From NCBI RefSeq assembly GCF_009914755.1, contig NC_060929.1: 64,000 nucleotides of DNA; one strand, 5' to 3'. The DNA comes from the human T2T-CHM13v2.0 reference genome, Homo sapiens. Both the position numbers and the translations under genes were made by a program. The notes under the pieces were generated by a model. The model was given only the letters and a program-made list of their open reading frames with translations, was not told the DNA's origin and made no database searches. Numbering within the stretch: position 1 is the stretch's first letter; each line of letters begins with the position of its first letter. Shown piece after piece: positions 24,090 to 35,740 of this stretch.

Positions 24090-26884
24090 TAGTTTTGTGT
24101 ACTCTCTCTCTTTCTCACTCGCTCATGCTGTCTCTCTCTGTCCCTCCCTCTTTCTCTTTCTCTCAAACTCTTTTCTTTCATTACCACAAGCATGCGTAGA
24201 ACCAATATAAAATTAAACATCTGCTTCAAAACTGCAAACTCACTTAAAAGGCAAAGACTGAAACATAACAAAAACCGCTAAAGTTAATGTCCAAGACTTC
24301 TTTTGGTTAATAAAAGTGTTTCTGAATGCTTTGAAATCAGTATCTCCCAGTCTTAGATTTCCATGCATATTACTGCCTCTCACTAACGATGGAGGGGAAT
24401 AATTTTTAAGAATAAAGGATGGGGGATGGTTCTTTCTAATCTAAAAAGAATCATTTGACATAAAATGTGAGAAATGAAAGTAGCCTTTTTTCTACTGATA
24501 CCTGTGAATGCAAATGTGGTTCACTGTTAAGTATATCTGGAAACCAGATAAGAGCGCATGTTTATGTTTGCTTTTAATTAACTGCACAGATAAGCCTCAG
24601 AAAATAAATTTGTGAACAGAGCAGGTATGCCACTTGAAAACAGAATTGCACTTATGAATTAAAATCCATTTTCTCAAAAAAAAATCCAACATGCATGAAA
24701 GCCAAATACTATGTAGGGCAAGCAGCTCTTTTAACTAATATGTATCATAATTTTAAGTGCTAACTGTGTTTGCTATAGACTGCTGTACTTGAAGTACTGA
24801 ATGCTTTTATGCTCAAGGTTCCATGGTTTTTAAATTGCCTGAAAATATGTCCTAACTTTTAAGTTGGCCGACTGTCATTTGCATAGTAGATTAATCCTTG
24901 TTCACTATTGTGAATTAATAGTCTGTGGAATTATTTTGTCTCATCAACGAGGACACAGCTGACTCTGGGTGTGTCCCTAGCAATTTTTGTGTGAAGTGAA
25001 TCAAGTTATGTAGAAACTTATCAAGCACGTTCCTCATTATTCCTTCCACCCAAAGGCCCTTAACTTCTAGAAGAATTGTAGATTAAAAGGCAAATATGGA
25101 TGGAAGGAGAAGACCAGACTGTTTGAACCCGCAGCACTCGGACTCAATGCAAGGAGAGTGGCAAGCAGATATGCAGAAGGAAGCTGCTTTGCGCAGGAGT
25201 GCTTGTGCCTTAGTCTGAGCAGGTGTGCAAGAACACACATGCCCACCCCTGCATGCACACGGATGACTCAGTTCTCAATCCATTCTTATTAAAGAAGCAT
25301 GCAAAGAGAGTTTGCCCCTGTAACCTTCGTGGCCCATGTTTTATTCTCCTGCTCCCATTACCTGCACGCCAAACCCATATGCATCTTTAAAACCCATTTC
25401 AAATGTTGCTTTCTTCATAAAGTCTTCCTTGATCTCTTCAACTGAAGTTTCTCTTTCCTCCTCTAAGCTCCTCTGGCCCTCTCTCCATGCTTTTCTTATA
25501 GAACAGTTCTCTATCTCCCTCTCCCTAACTCAGTGGACTGCTCCTGGAGAACAGAGCTCACATCTACATCATTTCCATATGCTCTTGTCTACCCTGACTG
25601 AGCAACCTTGTAGTGCTGCTCAGGCATCTATTGTGAACTGGAGAAGAAAGAAGGAAGACAAGAAGGTCACCTTCTAAGCAGTCCCATTTCCTGACTTCTC
25701 TGGGATTACAGGCCTCATGATACAGGCTCCTATTTTAGGAAACCACTTCACAGAGATTCTTCTTCTGGGCATTCCCTGGGGATGGCACACAGTTGATGTA
25801 CACAGCTGCCATGATGGCAACGACAACAGCCGTCATGATGGAAGAGCGAGTTGCTAAGTGAAAAGAGTTTTGCATGTGCAAAACTGAAGCTTCTCCTCCT
25901 CTAGGCTGAGTTTCATCCTCTAACGGATAACCAAAAAGGAAGTTTATTTCAAACGTTTCATCAGGAATGACAAACAAAAACATCTGTTGGAAAGGAAACC
26001 AGGTGTTGGGCAAGGGATGTAGACGTTATATAATTTGGTGTTCTCCTCCAGGATCCAGTGGGGATTGCTATGTTGTGTTCGTTAACACTAGTTAATGTAA
26101 TTTTTGTGATAATTGTAGAGCAAATAGAGCAAACTCTCAAATATAATTAGGGAAAAGTGTTTCTAATTAACTTGTAACTCGTGAGTTGCAAAGTAAAGCC
26201 ACAAATCAGTTATGCATTGTCAGACCTAACAAATGGAAATGCGCTGTACATTTCAATCTCGGCAAATACAAAACAAAGCACAAAGACCCAGAAAAACTTT
26301 CCTTTAAGCCTTTATACAATTTTGGCATGCTCTGAAATGTAATTAGAGATAAGCACAGATACATCTCACGTCACCAGCCCTAATGATCACGGAGGTGAAA
26401 ACTGAAGGCAACTTCAGACGGTTCAAGAACATCCAACATTTTACTGCTGCAGAATGTAAAATGGATCATGCTCACAAAACACTCTCTGATCGGTGTACAG
26501 AAGGTTCTGATGAAACTTCACAAGGTTTCATAGGGAAGTAAAGGACTATAATATATGCAAGCTCCACCCCAGTTAACACTGCCATCAGTAACAGTTGCTT
26601 ACTGCTGGCTGTAAGTCAGAGGGGGATACAGGAAATTTCTTCTATATCCAGTGGAAGCGATTCCACTTATTTTCTCTCTCACTTGAGGAAGCACACTGTA
26701 ATATGAGGTAACCTCAAATTCATTCTAATTTGAAAAAAGTGATAAACGGGCCATATATTTTCATTGGATAGTGTAGTTACCATTAGCGTCAAATTATTTT
26801 GGCGTCTCTCAAAACACATCCATGTCTCCTAATCCTCCACCCCTCTGCAGTCCACTGTAATTGTTGGTCCTGTTAAAGTAGAAA

Positions 26885-27050
26885 GTGGTGTTTCTCAAAC
26901 ATGCATGATCCTAAGAACCTCGAGAGGGTATTGCTAAATGTGTGGATTCCCAAGCTATTATCGTGAAAATCTAGGGTCCAGAAATATGTATTGTTTTATC
27001 AAGTGCCTCCAAAGAAACTCTTATGATTGGAGAAACTGGAAAATCACTGG
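26885..27050. mobile_element. MER5-like MITE
   Basis: AGTGGTGTTTCTCAAAC ... GGAAAATCACTG inverted ends. Confidence 0.6.
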
Positions 27051-27482
27051 TGTAAAGCAGACTGGCTTTGGAAATCAAGGACTACACTAGTACCACAGAC
27101 CAGCTGTGACTTTAAGCATGCCCCTTACATCCAACCTCACAGGACCTCAGGAGTATTCAAGGCAATGATAGACTGGACGGTACGTAGCACTATGACCGGT
27201 AAGTGTGGGTGTTCGTAAATGTATGCTTATCTCTTCTTGGTCCACAAGAAAGAAATGCAGAGAATACCTGGATTCTCAGGTTAGGCACATTGGACAACAA
27301 TAAGAATGTAAAACACAGGAAATAATGTGACATATTGGCTCTAGAGGCATCTGCAAAGTCCTACTCTGTGACAAAGGTAATAAAGAAGGGGTATTAAGCT
27401 TGACTTACCCATATATAAATGTTAGCAGTCTAATCTTACCATAGCACAACTAACTACAACTCCCTTAAAAAGACTGTTTATG

Positions 27483-28868
27483 AGAAACAGAGACAAATGG
27501 GACAGAATAGAGAACTCAGAAAGAAGACTGCACATCTACAACCATCTGATCTTTGACAAACCTAACAAAAACAAGCAACAGGGAAAGGACTCCCTATTTA
27601 ATAAATGGTGCTGGGAGAACTGGCTAGACATATGCAGAAAATTGAAACTGGACCGCTTCCTTACACCTTACACAAAAATTAACTCAGGATGGATTAAAGA
27701 CTTAAATGTAAAACCCAAAACTATAAAAAACCCTAGAAGAAAACCTAGGCAATACCATTCAGGACATAGGCACGGGTAAAGATTTCATGACGAATACATC
27801 AAAAGCAATTGCCACAAAAGCAAAAATTGACAAATGGGATCTAATTAAGCTAAAGAGCTTCTGCACAGCAAAAGAAACTATCATCAGAGTGAACAGGCAA
27901 CCTACAGAATGGGAGAAAATTTTTGCAGTCTATCTATCTGCAAAGGTCTAGTATCCAGAGTTTACAAAAATACTTAAACACATTTATAAGAAAAAAACCA
28001 ACCCCATTAAAAAGTGGGCAAAGTACATGAACAGACACTTCTCAAAAGAAGACATTCATGCAGCCAACAAACCTATGAAAAAAGCTCAACATCACTGATC
28101 ACTAGAGAAATGCACATCAAAACCACAATGAGACACCTTCTCATACCAGTTAGAATGGTGATTATTAAAAAGTCAAGAAACAACAGATGCTGGCGAGGCT
28201 GCGGAGAAACAGGAATGCTTTTACACTGCTGGTGGGAATGTAAATTACTTCAATCATTGTGGAAGAAAATGTGGTGATTCCATGAAGACCTGGAACCAGA
28301 AATATCATTTGACCCAGCAATCCCATTACTAAGTATATACTCAAAGGAATAAAAATCATTCTATTATAAAAATACATCCACATGTATGTTCACTGCAGTA
28401 CTAGTCACAATAGCAAAGACATGAAATCAACTCAAATGCCCATCAGTGATAGACTGGATAAAGAAAATGTGGTATATATATATACCATAGAATACTATAC
28501 AGCCATAAAAAGGAGTGAGATCATTTCTTTGCAGAAACATGGATGGAGCTGGAAGCCACTATCCTCAGCAAACTAACACAAGAACAGAAAACCAAACACT
28601 GCATGTTCTCACTTAACTTAAAAGTAGGAGCTAAACAATGGGAGCACATGGACACAGGGAGGGGAACAACCCACACTGGGGCCAGTCAGGGAGTTGGGTG
28701 AGGGAGAGCATCAGGAAAAATAGCTAATGCATGCTGGGCTTAATACCTAGATGATGGGTTGCTAGGTGTAGCAAGCCACCATGGCACACATTTACCTGTT
28801 TAACAAACTGCACATCCTGTACACGTACCCTGGAACTTTAAAATAAATAAAATTTAAAAATTAAAAAC
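27483..28868 (+). mobile_element. 5'-truncated older L1PA (ORF2 C-terminus plus 3'UTR), frameshifted; antisense to CTNND2
   Basis: ORF2p peptides [37 protein letters not shown] and RCWRGCGETGMLLHCWWECKL; G-rich 3'UTR; A tail; degenerate TSD A(G/T)ACTGT(T/A)TATG. Confidence 0.93.
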
Positions 28869-29569
28869 AAATACTGTATATGGAAATGTCTTGTTCACTG
28901 AGACACTGGTGCCACCATCCTGGTCACTGGTAAGAGAGCCATCCCATAAGGAAGGGGGAGCTATGGCTGGAAGAAGCCATATGGCTAGAAGGGTTTCTGA
29001 AGACTCTATGGGATACAGCTGCGTTATCACCTTGGAACACTTAACTCCAGATTTCACGTATGGGAGACAAAACTTCCTCTAGTTTAACAGATCATTATCC
29101 GGGGCTTTTCCTTTCTTCAAACTTCATTCTAAGTAGTAAATTTCTATCCCTTTCTAATCTCCTTAGCCTGCTTGATTTTTCTTCACAGCACTTGTCACAT
29201 GCTGAAATTACAGATTTATTTGTCTCAGTTTATTGTCTGTCTTGTCCACTACGACACAAGCGTTAGGAGGGCAGGTCTACGAGTTCCAGCTTCTAATAGC
29301 CCACAATGGTTCTGTTAATAGATTATGAAATTTCACTTATTGTCTTGACACAGTTCACTCCTCTACATATGAATCAATGGAAATACCAAGACTCCTCTCA
29401 ATGCTGCTCCTTCTTTTCTCCCTTCCTCCATGTGGCTCCTTGAAAAACAGGTGCCATGATCTTGACCATTAGGAAGAAAGCCATATCATAAGGAAGGCTG
29501 GTCTATGGCTGTAAGGTGCCTGGGTCCTTACTCCTTGTATCCCAAGCACCTAAACTTCACTTCCATATA

Positions 29570-29999
29570 CATTTGACTTTGAACAACATGGTTTGAACTG
29601 CGCAGGTACACTTATATACAGATTTTCTTCCACTTCTGCCACCCCTGAGACAGCAAGACCAACCTCTCTGCTTCCTCCTCCTCAGCCTACTCAATACAAA
29701 GATGATGAGAATGAAGACCTTATGAGGATCCACTCTTACTTAATAAAGTGCATACATATTTTCTCTTCCTTATAATTTTCTTAATAACATTTTATTTTCT
29801 CTAGCTTACACTGTTGTAAAAATAGAGTATATAATATGTACATAAAATATATGTAAATTGACTTTTTATGTTACTGGTAAGGTGTCCAGTCAACAGTAAG
29901 CTATTTGTAATTAAGTTTTGGGGAGCCAAATTGTATGCAAATTTTCAGCTCTAGGGGTTGTCAGCACCCCTAACTCTTGGGTCGTTCAAGGGTTAACTA
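29570..29999. mobile_element. Tigger2a (MER28)-like non-autonomous DNA transposon
   Basis: TA-flanked terminal inverted repeats CATTTGACTTTGAACAAC / GTCGTTCAAGGGTTAACTA; internal GCCACCCCTGAGACAGCAAGACCAACC. Confidence 0.85.
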
Positions 30000-30852
30000 T
30001 AGTAGGCACTCAGCAGCAATTTGTTTAATGAATGAATGAATGAGACTCACAGTCTACAGAATGGCTTCTGTCTCTAGGACTGAGGGTGGAGTATACAGAA
30101 AGTTAAAGGTGTGGATTTCCTAATTGGATTACAGTCAGTCTGTTTGGGGAAGCAATTAGGAATCAGAACAGTGCTGAGGGTTGTTAAGTTTTTGCCCTCT
30201 GCCTGTGCATATGATTTGGGCTTGCCTCTGTGAAGAGATAATCCTAAAATGTTCAAAATGACAGGAGACAAGAATGGGCAATGTCTCAGCATAGAAGGCA
30301 TGAGATACAAAGCTGGTTAGGAGATGACTTGCCATCAAAAGGTAGACCAAATACTTATCTCCTCTGCCCATCATTGATCCATCAGAATTAACAGCAATGT
30401 ACTGGGAAGGATTCTTCCCCAGGCCTGATGTTTCCTTACTGCGAATGGAGCACAATTATGTAACACTGGACTCTCCCAGCCCCTCACTTGCTCTTCCCCT
30501 GAGAGGTAGAGGAACTTGTCCAAGGCACTAGTAAGCGTGCAGGGCTTGGCCCAGCTCTGAGCTTCTTCCACTTTGGGATGAAAGGCCATGAGGAACTCTG
30601 CTTCCCCTGGTCTCCATAAGATGTGCCCTAGTGGCTGGCAGAGGAGAAGGGAAGCTGCCCTGATCCAACGGCTGCCTGTGCCATGGTAGATAAGTCTAAC
30701 TAATTCTGGCATCTGGCATTCTGTGTGAGCAAACCAATGTGGCTAAAAGGCCTGGAGTCTGGCCTCCAACCCAACCCCTAGCAGTAATGAGGTGACAATG
30801 TGGCCTTCTTCTTTATTCTGTTAGAACTTGGTTGCAGAAGACAGTATGAAAT

Positions 30853-31053
30853 AGAAGGTTCTATAAACTATGGCCTGAGCTACCTGCTTGCATAAATACA
30901 GTTTAATACACAGCCATACACATTTGTTGATGTATTATCTATGGTGCTTTCATCCAGCACAGGTAGAGTTGAGTAGTTGTAACAGAGACCTAGGGCCTAC
31001 AAGCTAAAATATTTTCTATCTGTCCTTTTACTGAAAAAGCTTGCCAAGTCCTG
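30853..31053. mobile_element. MER58A-like MITE
   Basis: AAACTATGGCCTG...CACAGCCATACACATTTGTTGATGTATTATCTATGG...GTTGTAACAGAGAC...AAAGCTTGCCAAGTCCTG. Confidence 0.75.
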
Positions 31054-31697
31054 TTCTAGAATCTAGAAGAGAATGGTAGAAAAGCATATTGCCTCTAGTG
31101 CAATGCTTTCAGGTTCAAGAACAACGGAAAAGTAGAAGGCAGGCAGGATTCAATTTCAGCAAACACTGCTACACTTCCAAGTGCTGAAAAGCAAAGTGTC
31201 CAACTTAGGAAGCAGGTTCAAGAGAACTGAGCCTTCCTGAGATCTGCAGAAGGAAAGCAGAGGAAAATGAATCCCAGAAGGACATCCCATCCCAGCAGTA
31301 AAAAGAAGTGCTGGAAAAATGCATTTCTCAGGGCCTAGAGCAGGAGCAAGCAGAGACAGTGGCCTGCAGTGCACACAGCAGAGGTCTGGGCTTGAAGGCG
31401 CAGCAGGTTCCCCCAATGGCAAGAGCAGCTTCAATTCAGGAGTCTGTTGAGGGTGATTTTGCAATCTTCGTAGGGATAGGGGAGCAAATCAATTCCATCA
31501 TAAAAAGCAGAGAAATCACTGTTGCCCCATAGGATTGAGGAAAACCTGCTAACAAACCACAGGACAGTGGAAGGCTTGTCACGGGACAGAACACACTCAT
31601 GGGACACTGGACCAAAACACCTGACTCCCATAGAGGAAATCCAAAATCAAAGGTTTCCATTATGTAGGAAGGGAAAGAAACCACCTCATATAAGACC

Positions 31698-32313
31698 TGG
31701 AGTGGTGGGTTTGTGCTGTGTCACCCCAGCTGAACTGCAACTATGCTTCCCAGGATTTCCCTCCCTGCTTGGTTGCAGGTTGAGACTGTCCATGGAGACA
31801 TCTGCGGGATGCCTGGCAGGTCCAAGTGAAGCACAGTGCTGAGCTCTGAGGGCTGCGGGCAGAGGGCATCAGGGCTGCTGCAGTGTGTGCACGTACCCCC
31901 TGCTGCTGCTCCACCTTTTAGGCCACAGCTCTGACAGCTCCCACCACATCCCCTCTTTCCACTTCCCTAGGTCCTGGCCAGGAATAATCATGCAGAGTTC
32001 CGTGGCAAAGAGCGGCAGCTTTGTGTATCACTCATGTGGCAGATTTGCAGCCAGCGAGAGGCAAAAGAGGGGTGCCATTTGTCCCCATGAGTGGCAGCTG
32101 GCTCTGGCTTCCCCTGCTTCACATCCTGCTGTTCTTTCTGACTGCTGCCTGCTGGCCCGTGTCAACTGCAGGCCCATCACCAGACACAGCGGCAAAGCCT
32201 TCCACAGGCGTTTTCACCAGCTCTCACCGTGGTGTCAGGTCTAATCCTGATAACAAGTCCCCCTTTCCATGTCATCTACAGTGCTTCTGCCTCCCTGGTC
32301 AAACCATGATGCA
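31698..32313. mobile_element. Old ERVL-class LTR (LTR41/LTR52-like)
   Basis: GTGCTGTGTCACCCCAGCTGAACTGCAACTATGCTTCCCAGGATTTCCCTCCCTG start; GCTTCTGCCTCCCTGGTCAAACCATGA end. Confidence 0.5.
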
Positions 32314-32588
32314 CCTGGAGACAGGCGCTGCCTCTGCTGCCAGTATCTAAATGTTGCAAGGTGGCAACAATTCCTGTGATTCCAGTTTCCTAAAGAAGAG
32401 ACAATGGGAATCGAGGAATCTCCCTTCGAGTGGGAAATGCATCATGCCAGAATGAACCTTTGCCTGGACTTATTTCTCCCAATTCAGGTTAAGTCCACAG
32501 ATGATGGACTCTCAAAGCCACACAACACCAGGCTGGCATCCCCCGACTAAATCCAAGGGGTCTCCATGTGCTCACTTCCCTCAGACAC

Positions 32589-33103
32589 TGTGGGGAGCAG
32601 AATAATCATTCTCCAAAGGTGTCCACATTTGACTCCTCAGGACCTATGAATGGGCTCCTTTACATGGCAAAAGGGGCTTGCAGATGGGATGAAGGTAAAG
32701 AATCTAAAATGGGGAGACTAACATGGAGAGAATCCTGGATCAGCCCGGTGGGCGCAATCTAATCACACGGGGCTTTAAAAGTAGAGAATCATTTCTGGCA
32801 GTGATCAGAGGAAAATGTGACCATGGAGGACTCATCAGGGATGCAATGCTACTGGCTTTGAAGGCAGTGGAAAGGGGTCATGAGCCAAAGAATGTGGGCA
32901 GCTTTGGAAGCTGGAAAAGGCGAGGAAATGGACTGTCCCCTAGAGCGTCCTGAAAGCAACACAGCCCCGGTGACAGCTGGATTGTAGCCAGGTGAGTCTG
33001 TGTCAGGCCTGTAACCTCCAGAACCGTAAGAAAATCAATCTTCCTTGTGTTAAGCTGCTAAATGTGTGGTGAACTGTCACAGCAGCCACAGATGACCAAT
33101 ACA
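32589..33103 (+). mobile_element. MLT1D-like solo LTR
   Basis: TGTGGGGAGCAGAATAAT...TTACATGGCAAAAGGGGCTTGCAGATG...GAAGCTGGAAAAGGCGAGGAAATGGA...CAATACA. Confidence 0.8.
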
Positions 33104-34799
33104 AACTCCACTGACACCCTAGGCAAACCTGGTGAGGGCTGGCTTCTGGGAACATGCCTGTGCCTGGGATACTTTCCCTTAGGGGGTCACAATGACTTGC
33201 TTGCTACATTTGATGGGCAGGGACCATTGTTCACACCTTTGAACAGTGAGAGGAGGGAGAACTGACAATGCAATCTTGCATCCTCTGAGGTCCTGAAAGT
33301 ATGTGGCCAATTCCAGCGTGAGGCAGCCCCGAATTCAGGCTGCTAAAGGACCCAGGCCCCATAGAGGCACAAGAATCCCCCTGGCTGAGACTGTGCAGAA
33401 TAAAAAATTGGGAGAAGATGATTTTTACACATCAGCTAACTTAAGAATTGTGGATTTTGAACTTTAACACACAATGGCAAGAGGTATTGATTCTTTGACT
33501 TTAATTCCTTTGAACCTTAATGTCTTCGGACTTCAACATGAAAGTGGATTTAAACTTTGATTTTTAATTTCTCCATGGGAATTTGATATTTGGTAGGGTT
33601 TATATTAAAATTTGAAGCATCTCTACATTGCTGGCATTTCATTATTGAAATGTCTGTATTCATTTTTATCTTTGGGATGTTGTTTAATCTTCTCATAGAA
33701 CCTCTAATTTGCTAGGTTGGACAATGTACCTGGACATTATTTGGAATAAGAAATAAAACTGGACTTAATTTTAAATCTTGGGAACATAGTAACCCTGAAT
33801 TTGGTTTAAATAATTTGCTCCTCTGACCCCTTTTGGTGCCTCTTGGTGTAATATATGAATTGCCCACCAAGAATTCCAGGTGATCCCCAAAAAGTGCCAT
33901 CAAGATAGAAGAAGAGCTTTCTTGACAAATTACTTAGCTCCTGCTCTGGGGAGAGGGGCTATGCCTCTGGGTGATCATAACAAAGAGGGTGAAGGAAAAA
34001 TAGGCTGGGGATGTTAGTGGGATAAATGCATCCTCTCTGTTCCAGTGTCTCCTTTCATGCAGGGTGCTTCATTAATGCTATACCTGAACTTCTATTAAAT
34101 TAGCAAGGTCACTTGGCTGACCTTAAAGAAGGCCTCCAGCCTGGCTTCTGTCAGCAACAGAGATAATATCTGTAAACATATTTATACTTTGTTTAATATT
34201 CAAAACTGTTCAGAGTTCACTGTATGAGTTCTGAACTCATACAGGACAGAAGATGTTATTTACCATGGACATAATGGAATAGAGAAGAGAATGGAAGGAG
34301 TAATTCAGACAAGAAATTTCATCACATTTCTGTAAGATACAAAACAGCCAGAGGTGAGCTGACAGATGGAGCTCAGGGAGAAGCCAGCATAGCCCAGGAT
34401 ACACACAGAGGGGACCCTATCCCAGGGAGGTGGCTAACTTTCCTGGTGGAACACTAGGAAAGATTTATACTCAAGAGATGGCAGGCACCTGGGGTGCAGA
34501 AATGGGAAGACAAGCTAGAAAGGGGTGATTGAAAGGAAGTAGTCACCTCTCATTCTCCACTTTCACCTAGGTTGAAAGAATACCCAGCAGACAGGAAAGT
34601 ACTGTCCCCTTCCTCCAGGCCAACAAACAAAATAAACAACTCAGAAGAATCTCCACAGAGATGGATTGTGATGGGGAGAACCAAAAAGGTACTGAGGATA
34701 TTTGGGCCTTAGAGAAAAACCCTCCTGATTAAGACACTTAAAAGACTCCCCACTACAACAGTTCCCTCCCACCCATTCGCCCTGAAGTGAAGCTTCACT

Positions 34800-35740
34800 G
34801 TGAACAAGCTTCACCGACATGCAGAGAGCTCAGAAAAACTCCATTCCACTATTTTAAAAATAAGCAGAAAACTTGAAGACCACCACAGATTTGAAGTAAG
34901 CCTGCAAAATCAGTGAAAAAGCCCACCATAAAAAAAGAAAAGCTGACAATGAAAAAAATTGAGATAATTCATGCCAAAGAGATAAAAACAAACTTCAGTT
35001 CTAACTAATATCCTTAGAGAAATTCAAAAATATCTTACATTCATAAAACAAAAATAGGAGCTATTAAAAAACACAAAAGAGAATTCTTAGAATTTTTCTT
35101 TTAAAGAGATGATATTCTCTTGGGCCCCTGGTAGTGGGAGCATGGAAGTCACAGAAAAATTGGGGGAAAATAAATGTTGGATATCAGTGAATTCTTTCAG
35201 AACATATGATAAAAAGGCAAAGGGCTCCAAATTACATAAGAAAATACAAGAGAAATAATCCAAGAGGCTCAAAATCTGACTAATTTCAGAAAGAGAGGAC
35301 AGAGGAAATGGAGACAAAAGAATTATTTTAAAAGAGAAGAAGAAAATTTTCTGGCACTGAAGAAGGTCATGACTCTTTAAATTGAAAATGTTCAACGATT
35401 TTTTTAAAGGCACACACCTAGATATATCACAAGAGAATTTAATAGTATTAAGGTTAAAATTAAATTATAGAAAATATTCCTGAGAAAAAGAATTTTCCAT
35501 CTAGAATTGTGTATCTAGTAAACATCACTCATGTGTGAGGGTTAAAGACTTATTTTTTTAGAATTTAATGTCCTAAGCATCCCTTTTCAGGAACTTATGA
35601 GAGAGAAAAACAAGAGAGAAGAGGGCATAGGATCTTGGAAACAGAAGTTCTAATCCAGGATTGCTGTGCAGGTCTGGAGAGCAATATCCAAATCCGTCCT
35701 GAAGACAGAAGATTCTGGAAGGGACTTCTATGGAGAAAGG
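34800..35740 (+). mobile_element. HAL1 / old L1 ORF1-like remnant
   Basis: A-rich strand-biased segment with TAATATCCTTAGAGAAATT, TTCCATCTAGAATTGTGTATCTAGTAAAC and GGATCTTGGAAACAG...GCTGTGCAGGTCTGGAGAGCAA resembling HAL1. Confidence 0.55.

Noticed and set aside
27480-28576. ORFs resembling L1 ORF2p C-terminus
   Set aside because: Frameshifted fragments of a dead, 5'-truncated L1, not a gene.
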